Origin: Acidimicrobiia bacterium
GTDB taxonomy: Bacteria; Actinomycetota; Acidimicrobiia; Spongiisociales; ZC4RG35
DNA: 64,000 nt
Direction of reading: 5' to 3'
NCBI GenBank assembly: GCA_046756405.1
Contig: JBHHWH010000002.1
Coordinates: 240-64,239, forward strand
How positions within the stretch are numbered: the first letter of the stretch is position 1; each line of letters begins with the position of its first letter. A model generated the notes under the pieces. It worked only from the letters and a program-made list of their open reading frames with translations. It ran no database searches and was not told where the DNA came from. Of the stretch, positions 38,444-47,306 are shown piece after piece. The position numbers and the translations under genes were made by a program.

Positions 38444-38904
38444 CGCTCCTCCGCGGCGACAGCGCTAATCGCCCGGATGATGGGCAGGTAGCCGGTGCAG
38501 CGGCACATGTTGCCCGAAATAGTTTCGGCGATAGTCTCCTCGGAGGGGTGGGGATCGGTGTCGAGGAGGGCCTTGGCAGTGAGGATCATCGCTGGAGTGC
38601 AGTAGCCGCACTGGGCGGCTCCGTATTCGCCGAAGGTGAGCTGGAGGGGGTGGGGCCGGGAGACCGAGCCGATGCCCTCGATGGTGGTGATCTCTTCACC
38701 GCCCACGTCGAGGGTGAGGGTGAGACAGGACAGGATCGGTGTCCCGTCCACCAGGACGGTGCAGGCGCTGCATTCACCCAGTTCGCACCCGTGCTTGGTG
38801 CCGGTGAGCCCGAGATCCTCCCGTAGGGTCTCGAGGAGGGTCCGGTGGGGGGCCACAAAGAGCCGGCGGGCGACACCGTTGACCGTCAGGCTGACTGGCT
38901 CCAT
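38440..38904 (-). CDS. [2Fe-2S]-binding small subunit of xanthine-dehydrogenase-family enzyme (HcrC/CoxS-like)
   Basis: About 154 aa from the ATG with a GGGAGAG SD (MEPVSLTVNG...). Plant-type ferredoxin cysteines CELGECSACTV. Second-cluster motif QCGYCTP...CRCTGY. Confidence 0.85.
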   Translation of the reverse strand: MEPVSLTVNGVARRLFVAPHRTLLETLREDLGLTGTKHGCELGECSACTVLVDGTPILSCLTLTLDVGGEEITTIEGIGSVSRPHPLQLTFGEYGAAQCGYCTPAMILTAKALLDTDPHPSEETIAETISGNMCRCTGYLPIIRAISAVAAEER

Positions 38905-39029
38905 CGTCTCTCCCAGTGACATCAACCCATCGTATCGCACCGTCCCGGCCTCTCCGGAGGGAGACAGGGCGCGGGGGCAGGGGAGACGGCCTCCTTCTGC
39001 ATCCCCCAGCTTCCCACAATCGTCCCTTT

Positions 39030-39043
39030 GGCACCCGGGTGCC
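39030..39043. promoter_or_regulatory. Perfect 14-bp palindrome GGCACCCGGGTGCC in the divergent promoter region between the hcrC-like and PaaK-like genes
   Basis: Read directly from the sequence. Located 34 nt upstream of the PaaK-like ATG and about 130 nt upstream of the hcrC-like start. Candidate dimeric-regulator operator. Confidence 0.3.
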
Positions 39044-39076
39044 GGTCCAGGGTTGCCCGTATTATCCGGAGGTCTG

Positions 39077-40372
39077 ATGGGTTTCTTCGACCGCCATACC
39101 GAGACGACGTCCAGGGCTGGGCTTCGCGATGTCCAATTCGTCAGGCTGGCCGAACTGCTGGCGACCGTTTACGGACGGAACCGGTTCTACACCGACAAGA
39201 TGGACCGAGCCGGGGTCACACCGGACACCGTCCGATCCTTGGAGGACCTGGCCACGCTGCCGTTCACCACCAAGGAGGAACTGGTCGCCGCGGCGGAGCA
39301 GTCGCCTCCCTTCGGAACCAACCTGACCTTCCCCGAAGACGCCTACACCCGGATCCACCAGACCTCGGGCACGACGGGCCGGCCCCTCAAGGTGGTGGAC
39401 ACCGAAGAGAGCTGGGACTGGTGGGGGAGGTGCTGGGGGTATGTGCTCTCCGGTGCCGGTGTCACCGCCACCGACCGTCTGTTCCTGCCCTTCTCCTTCG
39501 GGCCGTTCATCGGTTTCTGGGCCGCAGTCGAAGGAGCCAGGGAGGTAGGCGCCCTGCTGATCCCCGGCGGGGGAGCCGACTCCGTTCAGCGGCTGCACCT
39601 CATCGAAGAGCTGGGGGTGACCGCTCTGTGCGCCACCCCGACCTACGCCCTTCGCCTTGCCGAGGTCGCCCGAGCTGAGGGCGTGGACACGGCGGAGCTT
39701 CCGGTGAGACGGCTCGTCCTGGCCGGAGAGCCGGGGGCCCTGGTGCCGGAAATCAGGCGCCGCATCGAATCTGCCTGGGGGGCGGAGTGCTACGACCATG
39801 CGGGAGCTTCCGAGGTGGGAGCCCACAGCTTCGAGTGTGAGGCCCGCACCGGCGGAACCCATGTGATCGAATCGGAGTTCATCGTCGAGGTGGTGGATCC
39901 GGCCGACCTCCGGCCGGTCCAGGCCGGTGGGGAGGGTGAGCTGGTCATAACCAACCTGGGACGGGTGGGCTTTCCCGTGATCCGCTACCGCACCGGCGAC
40001 CTGGTGCGGTTGAACACCGATCCCTGCGAATGTGGGCGGACCTTCGCCAGGTTCGACGGGGGGATACTGGGGAGGGCCGACGACATGGTCGTGGTTCGGG
40101 GAGTGAACGTCTTCCCCAGTGCTATCGAGAATCTGATCCGTCAGGTGGATGCGGTGGAGGAGTATCAGGTCACCGTCTCCCGGGGCTCCGACCTGGCCAG
40201 TCTGTCAATCGCCATCGAAGTGGGCGAAGGGGCTGACGCGGAAGCAGCCCGGCATGCGGTAGCCAGGAACATACAGAACGAGCTGGCCCTACGACCCGAG
40301 GTGACTGTCGTTGCATCTGACAGCCTTCCCCGGTTCGAACTCAAGGCCCGCCGGTTCCATCTCGTCGACTAG
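39077..40372 (+). CDS. Phenylacetate-CoA ligase (PaaK)/coenzyme F390 synthetase-family adenylating enzyme
   Basis: 431 aa from the ATG with a GGAGG SD. PaaK-family adenylation core (IHQTSGTTGRPLKVVDT). Family-typical length and domain order. The track ORF 38636.. has a non-homologous N-terminal extension. Confidence 0.8.
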   Translation: MGFFDRHTETTSRAGLRDVQFVRLAELLATVYGRNRFYTDKMDRAGVTPDTVRSLEDLATLPFTTKEELVAAAEQSPPFGTNLTFPEDAYTRIHQTSGTTGRPLKVVDTEESWDWWGRCWGYVLSGAGVTATDRLFLPFSFGPFIGFWAAVEGAREVGALLIPGGGADSVQRLHLIEELGVTALCATPTYALRLAEVARAEGVDTAELPVRRLVLAGEPGALVPEIRRRIESAWGAECYDHAGASEVGAHSFECEARTGGTHVIESEFIVEVVDPADLRPVQAGGEGELVITNLGRVGFPVIRYRTGDLVRLNTDPCECGRTFARFDGGILGRADDMVVVRGVNVFPSAIENLIRQVDAVEEYQVTVSRGSDLASLSIAIEVGEGADAEAARHAVARNIQNELALRPEVTVVASDSLPRFELKARRFHLVD

Positions 40373-40379
40373 TGGGTTT

Positions 40380-41504
40380 TCAGAACTCGATCACCTGACG
40401 CAGGGCTTCGCCGTCGGCGAGCCGGTCTAAGGCAACGTTGATGTCGTCGAGGCTGATGGTGTGGGAGACGAGCCTGTCGGCCGGCAGTTGCCCGCGCTGG
40501 TAGAGATCGATGAAGTAGGGGACGTCCCGGGAAGTGACACAGGAGCCGAGGTAGCTGCCCTTGATGGTCACTCCCTTGACTACCAGTTCCGCCAGCCGAA
40601 GCTGGTGGAAGTCGGAGGGTCCGGCCAGGCCGAGGACGGTGACGGTGCCTCCCCGGCGAACCAGGCCCATCGCCAGCTCGAATCCCTCCACGGTACCGGA
40701 GGCCTCGATGGCGTGGTCTACTCCGCCCGCCGTCTCAGCAACAACCTGGTCGACCGTCTCCTCGCCGGCTTCCAGGGCGTCGGTAGCACCCATGGTGAGG
40801 GCGGGGGAGAGCTTCTCCTCCAGAAGGTCGATGGCAATGATCCCGCCGGCTCCGGCAGCCCTGGCACCGACGATGGCGGACAGTCCCACGGCACCCAGGC
40901 CGATGACCGCCACCGAGTCGTGTTCGCTGACCCCGGCGGTGTTGAGGGATGTGCCTGCCCCGCAGAGGACGGCGCAGCCGAAAACGGTGATGTCTCGGGC
41001 GGGGAGACCTGGAGGTACCTTCACCACCGAAGGTTCGGCCACCAGGGTGTACTCGGCGAAGGCTGCCACCCCCATGTGGTGGTGGATCTTCTCGCCCCTG
41101 TGAGTCAGCCGGGTTCCCCCGGTGAGCAGCTCACCTCTCTGATTGGCCGCGCCTCCCTCTTCGCACAGCCACGCTTCGCCGGCGCGGCAGCGGGTGCAAC
41201 GCCCGCATTGGGGCAGGTAGACCAGCACCACGCCGTCGCCCGGGGCGAGGCCGGCCACGCCTGGCCCTACCTCAACCACCTCCCCAGCGGCCTCGTGGCC
41301 TATCACCATCGGCAGTGGCCAGACCCGGGTGCCGTTTACTACCGAAAGATCGGAACGGCACAGGCTGGCCGCCTCCACCCTGACCAGCACCTCTCCGGGT
41401 CCGGGGTCCGGAAGTTCCAGTTCGACGATCTCCAGGGGACGCGAATCAACGTAGGGCCGGGGCAGGCCCCGCGCCCGTAGCAGGGCTCCTCGGAAGCTGA
41501 TCAT
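40380..41504 (-). CDS. Zinc-dependent alcohol dehydrogenase (MDR family)
   Basis: 374 aa. Catalytic Zn motif GHEAAGEVVEVG. Structural Zn cysteines CGRCTRCRAGEAWLC. Rossmann motif IGLGAVGLSAIVGA. Confidence 0.85.
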   Translation of the reverse strand: MISFRGALLRARGLPRPYVDSRPLEIVELELPDPGPGEVLVRVEAASLCRSDLSVVNGTRVWPLPMVIGHEAAGEVVEVGPGVAGLAPGDGVVLVYLPQCGRCTRCRAGEAWLCEEGGAANQRGELLTGGTRLTHRGEKIHHHMGVAAFAEYTLVAEPSVVKVPPGLPARDITVFGCAVLCGAGTSLNTAGVSEHDSVAVIGLGAVGLSAIVGARAAGAGGIIAIDLLEEKLSPALTMGATDALEAGEETVDQVVAETAGGVDHAIEASGTVEGFELAMGLVRRGGTVTVLGLAGPSDFHQLRLAELVVKGVTIKGSYLGSCVTSRDVPYFIDLYQRGQLPADRLVSHTISLDDINVALDRLADGEALRQVIEF

Positions 41505-41649
41505 GACACTGCTCCTTTGGCAGGCTGCATCGTTACCTCAGCCTGCCACAGCGGGGCGGCTGCTGTCAGAATCGGCTTCACACGGCGCTCTGTTCCGGCG
41601 ATTCCCACCGAATAGAACAGGGGTGACTTGGACGCCGCCCGAGGAAGGT

Positions 41650-42432
41650 TCAATCGGTCTGGCATACGCTGCGGATGAACTCCACCGTCGCCCGCCGTGT
41701 CTCCTCAGGTCGGGAGAGATGGGGAGAATGGCCGCAGTTCTCAAGCTCGAGCCGCTGCACCGGACCCGATGCGCGCTGTTCGATCATGTCGACGTGGGCG
41801 ATAGTCCCATAGTCGTCGTCCAGGCCCTGGACCAGCAGGATGGGACAGTCGATCCTCGAGAGGAGACTTTCGATGTTCCAGCTCTGAAACTCCGGGTGGA
41901 GCCACACGTCGTGCCAGGCGAAGAACGTTGCCGCCGGATCGCGGTGGTACTTGCCCAGCTTGGCGATGAGTTCACTCCGCTGAGGCTCGCGGCCCATCTC
42001 CCTTATCTTGACCAGGCCGTATTCCTCGACGAAGACATGCGGCGCCAGAAGGACCAGGGCGGTGACCGGATGATGGGCGGCGTGGACGAGAGCGATGGAG
42101 GCTCCGTCGGAGTGACCCACGAGGATGGGACTCGAGATGTCGAGGCTATCGAGCAACGGCGGCAGCACCTCCAGCGCCTCCCGGTCGAAGAAGTCGACGG
42201 GACGGGGTCCCGGGGGAGCCTCCGACCAGCCGTGGCCGCTCCTGCTGTACACCACACCCTTGTGGCCTGTAGCTGCGACCACGTCGTCGGGAAAGCTCCT
42301 CCACAGCTCGATGGAGCCGAGGCCCTCATGAAGGAAGACCAGCGCCGGTTCGGCTCCTTCCCGGTTCTTGATCACGTACTCGAGCCGGCGGCCGGCCACT
42401 TCCAGCAGCGAAGCCCCTTGATGTTGCGACAC
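41650..42432 (-). CDS. Alpha/beta-fold hydrolase
   Basis: 260 aa. HG motif LVFLHEGLGS. Nucleophile elbow VGHSDGAS. C-terminal His in GHSPHL. GTG start. Confidence 0.7.
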   Translation of the reverse strand: MSQHQGASLLEVAGRRLEYVIKNREGAEPALVFLHEGLGSIELWRSFPDDVVAATGHKGVVYSRSGHGWSEAPPGPRPVDFFDREALEVLPPLLDSLDISSPILVGHSDGASIALVHAAHHPVTALVLLAPHVFVEEYGLVKIREMGREPQRSELIAKLGKYHRDPAATFFAWHDVWLHPEFQSWNIESLLSRIDCPILLVQGLDDDYGTIAHVDMIEQRASGPVQRLELENCGHSPHLSRPEETRRATVEFIRSVCQTD

Positions 42433-42497
42433 CGCCGAGAGACTAAATTCGACAGCGGAGAAAGAACGTCACCAGACCCGGTCGAGGAGGAGCAACC

Positions 42498-44024
42498 ATG
42501 CAGATTGGACCCAACACCAGCACGCTGATCGACGGATGGCTCGAAGCCGGCAGGGGCTCCGAGATGGCCCTCATCACCGGGGACGACCAACCCTGGACTG
42601 CAGAGGAGCTGTACGCCGCGGTGTGCAATGTCGCCGCCCGTCTCGCCGAGGCCGGTGTGCGACGTGAGGACCGAATCCTCATGGTCCTGGACGACACTCC
42701 GGCCTTTCCCGCCACCTTCCTCGGCGCCATGCGGATCGGTGCGGTGCCGATCCCTACCAACTTCCTTGCCCGGCCCGACGATTTCGGTTACTTCCTCGAC
42801 GACTCCGAGGCGGTGGCCGCGGTGGTCGACCGCGTCTTCCTGGAAAAGGTCGGTCCCCAGGTGACAGCCCGCCCCAATGTCAAGCTCGTCGTCGCCAACG
42901 GGGATGCTCCCGACGGCGCCGAGTCCCTGGACGAGTGGATGGCCTCCGCCGCCGGCGATGTGGCTCCGGTCCCCACGGCGTCGGACGACATGGCCTTCTG
43001 GCTGTACTCATCGGGTTCCACAGGAGTTCCCAAGGGGGTGGTTCACCGCCATTCGGCAATAGCGGCCACCTGCTCCAACTACGCGGTGCCCGTGCTCGGC
43101 ATCAACGAAGAGGACACCGCCTTCTCCTCCACCAAGATGTTCCACGCTTACGGGCTGGGCAACAACCTCAGCTTTCCCCTCTGGTCGGGGGCGACCTCCG
43201 TTTACATGACCGGCCGTCCCACCCCGGATCGGGTACTCGATAGGGTTCGCACCCGCCGCCCCACCCTCCTCTTTTCCGTCCCTGCCCTCTACAACGGGAT
43301 GCTCGCCGACCCTGGCTTCGACGACGTGGACTGGTCTGTGGTGCGTCTTGGGATCTCCGCCGCCGAGCCGCTGCCGCCGGAGATCTGGCGTCAGTTCCAC
43401 GACCGCACCGGGATCGAGATTCTCGACGGTATCGGCTCGACCGAGATGCTCCACATCTACGTTTCCAACCGTGCCGGAGCGGTTCGACCCGGGACCTCAG
43501 GCACATCCTGCCCCGGATACGAGGTGAAGATCCTCAACACCGAAGGGGAACCGGCCGAGGTCGGCGAACCAGGCGAGATGTGGGTTAGCGGTCCCTCCCG
43601 GCTGCTCCAGTACTGGAACCAACCGCAACGCAACGAGGAGAAGATCCGCGACGGATGGTTCCTCTCCGGGGACCGCTACGTCGAAGACGAAAACGGGTAC
43701 TTCACCTACCTGGGTCGGGTCGACGACATGATGAAGATCGGGGGTCTGTGGGTGAGTCCCATCGAGATCGAGAACCGGCTCATGGAACACGAGGCCGTCC
43801 ACGAGGCGGCGGTGGTGTCGGTGAACATCGACAATCGCTCCCGGATCAAGGCGTTCGTGATCCTCAACGATGGTCACCAGGGAGGACAGGATCTCACCGC
43901 CGAACTCCAGGAGTGGTGCAAGGCGGCCCTCCAGCGCTACCAGTTCCCTCACCTGGTCGAATACGTTGACGATTTCCCCCGGACCGCCACGGGAAAGATC
44001 CAGCGGTTCAAGCTGAGGGAGTAG
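42498..44024 (+). CDS. Aryl-CoA ligase of the benzoate-CoA ligase family (4-hydroxybenzoate/benzoate-CoA ligase-like, ANL superfamily)
   Basis: 508 aa. AMP-binding motifs YSSGSTGVPKGVVH and GIGSTE. Conserved Lys in the C-terminal subdomain (TATGKIQR). Strong SD (GGAGGAG). Overall N-terminal pattern resembles BadA/HbaA-type ligases. Confidence 0.8.
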   Translation: MQIGPNTSTLIDGWLEAGRGSEMALITGDDQPWTAEELYAAVCNVAARLAEAGVRREDRILMVLDDTPAFPATFLGAMRIGAVPIPTNFLARPDDFGYFLDDSEAVAAVVDRVFLEKVGPQVTARPNVKLVVANGDAPDGAESLDEWMASAAGDVAPVPTASDDMAFWLYSSGSTGVPKGVVHRHSAIAATCSNYAVPVLGINEEDTAFSSTKMFHAYGLGNNLSFPLWSGATSVYMTGRPTPDRVLDRVRTRRPTLLFSVPALYNGMLADPGFDDVDWSVVRLGISAAEPLPPEIWRQFHDRTGIEILDGIGSTEMLHIYVSNRAGAVRPGTSGTSCPGYEVKILNTEGEPAEVGEPGEMWVSGPSRLLQYWNQPQRNEEKIRDGWFLSGDRYVEDENGYFTYLGRVDDMMKIGGLWVSPIEIENRLMEHEAVHEAAVVSVNIDNRSRIKAFVILNDGHQGGQDLTAELQEWCKAALQRYQFPHLVEYVDDFPRTATGKIQRFKLRE

Positions 44025-45003
44025 ATCCGGGCGGGTTTTCCCTGCGGAACCACGACGCCACGGTGGCCACCAAGCCCCGCTTGAACCCCAGGAAGATGGC
44101 GACGATCAGCGAGCCGTACAGCACCACCCTTAGCTGGGTGAGGTCGGCCATCAGCTCGTCGATGATGGTGAAAGTACCGGCGCCGATCACCGGCCCGAGC
44201 AGGGTCCCGATGCCGCCGAAGGCGATCATGACCAACACTCGGATGTCCACACTGCCGAAGGCGTAGGTGGAGGGGCCGATGAAGCCCTCCACGTGGGCGA
44301 AGAGGGCTCCCGCCAGCCCGATCATCGCCGAGCCGATGATCCCTGCATAGATGCGGTAGCGCGCCACGTTTACCCCGGCCAGCTCGGCAGCCTCTTCGTC
44401 GTCACGGAGGGCGCGGAAGGCCCAGCCGAGGTGGGAGCGGTGCAGAACCTGGTAGATGATCAGGTAGGCGACCACCAGGCCCACGAAGAGGTAGTAGGGG
44501 GGAACCTGTTCCCGGAGGAAGGTGTCGGCGCCTGTGGAGACCCTTAGTCCGGTCTCCCCACCCGTGAGGTCGCGTTGGCCGAGGATGAACTGCTCAAAGG
44601 CCAGGGAGAAGGCGAGGGTGACGATGCCTACGAAGATCGCCTCGAGAGAGCGCCTCACGGATATCCAACTGAACGAGCCTCCGAAGGCCCCGGCGAGAAC
44701 CGTTCCCATCACCATGGTGACCGTCATTGGCAATCCGAAGCGGTCGGAGAGGATCACCGAGGTGTATCCGCCGATCCCCGCCAGGGCTCCGACGCAAAGG
44801 AAGAGCTGGCCGGTGCTCCCGAAAATGATGTTGAAAGCGACGGCGTAGGCGGCAAACAGGGCGCCGGACACGGCGAGTCCCATCATCACCCGAGAGTCCC
44901 CGAAACGAAGCGGGACCAGCGCCAACAGGACGCCGGTTGCGAGCGCGGGTACCAAGGCCCGCATCAGCGACTTCTCCGCTCTCGGCACAGATACGACGGT
45001 CAT
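44008..45003 (-). CDS. Branched-chain-amino-acid-type (Liv/HAAT) ABC transporter permease, LivM-like
   Basis: 331 aa polytopic protein. HAAT-family permease in an operon with LivH/LivF/LivG/SBP homologs. Confidence 0.8.
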   Translation of the reverse strand: MTVVSVPRAEKSLMRALVPALATGVLLALVPLRFGDSRVMMGLAVSGALFAAYAVAFNIIFGSTGQLFLCVGALAGIGGYTSVILSDRFGLPMTVTMVMGTVLAGAFGGSFSWISVRRSLEAIFVGIVTLAFSLAFEQFILGQRDLTGGETGLRVSTGADTFLREQVPPYYLFVGLVVAYLIIYQVLHRSHLGWAFRALRDDEEAAELAGVNVARYRIYAGIIGSAMIGLAGALFAHVEGFIGPSTYAFGSVDIRVLVMIAFGGIGTLLGPVIGAGTFTIIDELMADLTQLRVVLYGSLIVAIFLGFKRGLVATVASWFRRENPPGSTPSA

Positions 45004-45863
45004 TCGCGGTGCCCCAGGAGTCCGGCTGGGCGAACCAGGATCGTCACTGCCGCGGCCGTGAGAAGAACGATGGTGGTGATGTACGTCCCGACGTAGAACG
45101 AGCTGATCGTGTTCACAACCCCGAGGAGGACGCCGGCGAGGAAAGTGCCGGCGACACTTCCGAGCCCGCCGATCACCGCGACGATCAGCGCGAGGATGGT
45201 GAAGCTGATCCCGGCGGTGACTCCCACGGGGGCAGTCATGGAGCGTGTTACGGCCACCAGTCCCGCGAGGACGCCGCTCAGAATGAAGATGAGTGTCCGC
45301 ACCGAGGCCGGGTTGATCCCAACGAGCCGCGCACCCTCTTCATCCTGAATGACCGATCGGACCGCCCGTCCCGTGGTGGAGTAGCGGAAGAAGGCCACCA
45401 ACAGGATCGCCGCCATGAGAGCGATGGCCGCGGCCAGGAGACCGCCAGCCCGCATCGGGATGCCTAGGACAGTGATAGGACCACCACCAACGGCGATGTT
45501 TATCCGTAGGGTGGTGAGGGGGAACCGCCACACCAGGAGCCCATCAATAGTGATGCCCACACCAAGGGTGAGGAGGAGGCTGAGCAGCACCCTGGATTCG
45601 CCTCGCTCGCGGTATACGGGTCGCATCAGAGTCGAATCGAGGATCAACCCGATTACGCCTCCGATCGCCAGTCCCAGTGTTACCGCGGCGACGGTGGGTA
45701 TCCCGGCGTTGATGGCCACGGCCGCAGCGGTGGCTGCTACGACGGCGATCTGGCCGTGAGCCAGGTTGAGTACGCCGCCGAGACCGTAGACCAGGGTGAG
45801 GCCCACTCCGAGAAGACCAAACTGGAGCCCGAGGACAACGCCGTCCAGAAGGACTGCCCTCAT
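45000..45863 (-). CDS. Liv/HAAT-type ABC transporter permease, LivH-like
   Basis: 287 aa polytopic protein. Overlaps neighbours by 4 nt at both ends. Confidence 0.8.
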   Translation of the reverse strand: MRAVLLDGVVLGLQFGLLGVGLTLVYGLGGVLNLAHGQIAVVAATAAAVAINAGIPTVAAVTLGLAIGGVIGLILDSTLMRPVYRERGESRVLLSLLLTLGVGITIDGLLVWRFPLTTLRINIAVGGGPITVLGIPMRAGGLLAAAIALMAAILLVAFFRYSTTGRAVRSVIQDEEGARLVGINPASVRTLIFILSGVLAGLVAVTRSMTAPVGVTAGISFTILALIVAVIGGLGSVAGTFLAGVLLGVVNTISSFYVGTYITTIVLLTAAAVTILVRPAGLLGHRE

Positions 45864-46558
45864 GCGATACCCAGATAGGCTCGCTGCACTTCCGGATTCT
45901 CCTCGAGCTCGGGAGCCGATCCCTCCAACTGGATGCGACCGTTCTCGAGGACATAGCCTCTGTCGGCGAGGCTGAGCGCCAGGGGTACTTGCTGTTCGGC
46001 GACTAGCAGGGTCAGTCCCTGGGCCTTGAGACGGGTCAGGGCGGCGTAGGCCTCTGCCGCCAGCTTGGGGGCGAGCCCCGTCGTGGGTTCGTCCAGCATC
46101 ATCAGCTTCGGCTTCGACATCAGGCCGCGACCGACGGCAAGCATCTGCTGCTCGCCCCCGCTCATGGTTCCAGCGCGTTGACGGCGACGCTCCTTGAGAC
46201 GAGGGAACAGGTCGTAGACAAGGTCGAAGGACCCGGCCTCGGGCTTGTCGGGATAGGCGCCGAGGGCCAGATTCTCCTCGACGGTCATGTGGGGGAAGAG
46301 ATGTCTCTCTGCGGGCACGTAGGCGACTCCGCGCCGCGAGATGAGGTGGGCGGGGACCCCAGAGATGTCGGTGCCAGCGAATACGACCCTGCCCCGGCTC
46401 GCCATGATCAGCCCGCAGACGGCCCTGAAGAGAGTCGTCTTCCCGGCGCCATTGGAGCCGATGATGGTGACGGCCTCACCGCTCTGCACCGAGATCGAGA
46501 CGTTGTGTACTACATCATCGCCGAAGTAGCCGGCTGACAGCCCGGTTACCTCAAGCAC
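45860..46558 (-). CDS. Liv/HAAT-type ABC transporter ATP-binding protein, LivF-like
   Basis: Walker A GSNGAGKTT. ABC signature SGGEQQ. Walker B LMMLDEP. Confidence 0.85.
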   Translation of the reverse strand: MLEVTGLSAGYFGDDVVHNVSISVQSGEAVTIIGSNGAGKTTLFRAVCGLIMASRGRVVFAGTDISGVPAHLISRRGVAYVPAERHLFPHMTVEENLALGAYPDKPEAGSFDLVYDLFPRLKERRRQRAGTMSGGEQQMLAVGRGLMSKPKLMMLDEPTTGLAPKLAAEAYAALTRLKAQGLTLLVAEQQVPLALSLADRGYVLENGRIQLEGSAPELEENPEVQRAYLGIA

Positions 46559-47294
46559 CGGTCTGCGCCTCGGTTCCCAGGTACGCGGCGATCACCGACG
46601 GATCACGCATGACCTCATGGGGGGTTCCTTCTGCCAACACCCGCCCGAAGTCGAGCACCACCGCTCGCTCCGCTAGGTCCATCACTGCCTTCATCACATG
46701 TTCCACCCAGATCACCGTCACACCAAGCTGGTCGCGGATGGTACGCACGATCTCAATGGAGGCCGTCAGCTCGGTGTCGTTGAGCCCGGCCATTACCTCG
46801 TCGAGGAGTAGTAGCCGTGGGTGGCCGGAAATGGCCCGGGCCAGCTCCAGGAAGCGCTGATCATGGAGGTTGAGGGTTGAAACTGGGTGGCGGGCACGGT
46901 GGTCGAGTCCGACGAAACTCAGAGCCTCCGCAGCCCGATCCCTCGCGTCGTCCTCGTTAAGGAGGCCCTCGGGGCCACCGAACATGGCGCCCAGCAGCAC
47001 GTTCTCTTCGACGGTTAGTGAAGAGAAGGTCTTGGGCGTCTGGAGTACGGTGGCTATTCCCAGGTGGCGGGTTCGATGGGGAAGGGAACCAACCAGGTTT
47101 CTCCCTTGGAAGAGGATCCGTCCGGCCGTGGGCGTGTCGAGCCCGGCAATGAGTTTCAGCAGCGTGCTCTTGCCAGCCCCGTTGGGGCCGACGATGGCGA
47201 GGATCTCGCCATCATCGACCTCAAGGGTCACGCCGTCTACGGCCGGGAGGCCGCCGAACCTCTTCTCGACGGCCTCCAGAGCCAGGACGGCCAC
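46551..47294 (-). CDS. Liv/HAAT-type ABC transporter ATP-binding protein, LivG-like
   Basis: Walker A GPNGAGKST. Walker B LLLLDEVMAGL. C-terminal LivG-type extension. Confidence 0.85.
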   Translation of the reverse strand: MAVLALEAVEKRFGGLPAVDGVTLEVDDGEILAIVGPNGAGKSTLLKLIAGLDTPTAGRILFQGRNLVGSLPHRTRHLGIATVLQTPKTFSSLTVEENVLLGAMFGGPEGLLNEDDARDRAAEALSFVGLDHRARHPVSTLNLHDQRFLELARAISGHPRLLLLDEVMAGLNDTELTASIEIVRTIRDQLGVTVIWVEHVMKAVMDLAERAVVLDFGRVLAEGTPHEVMRDPSVIAAYLGTEAQTGA

Positions 47295-47306
47295 GTTCTC
47301 TACTTC

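Noticed and set aside
44008-44024. 17-nt overlap of convergent genes (aryl-CoA ligase and LivM-like permease) considered as an annotation error
   Set aside because: Both reading frames are strongly supported to their stops by homology. Short convergent overlaps are common in compact high-GC genomes.
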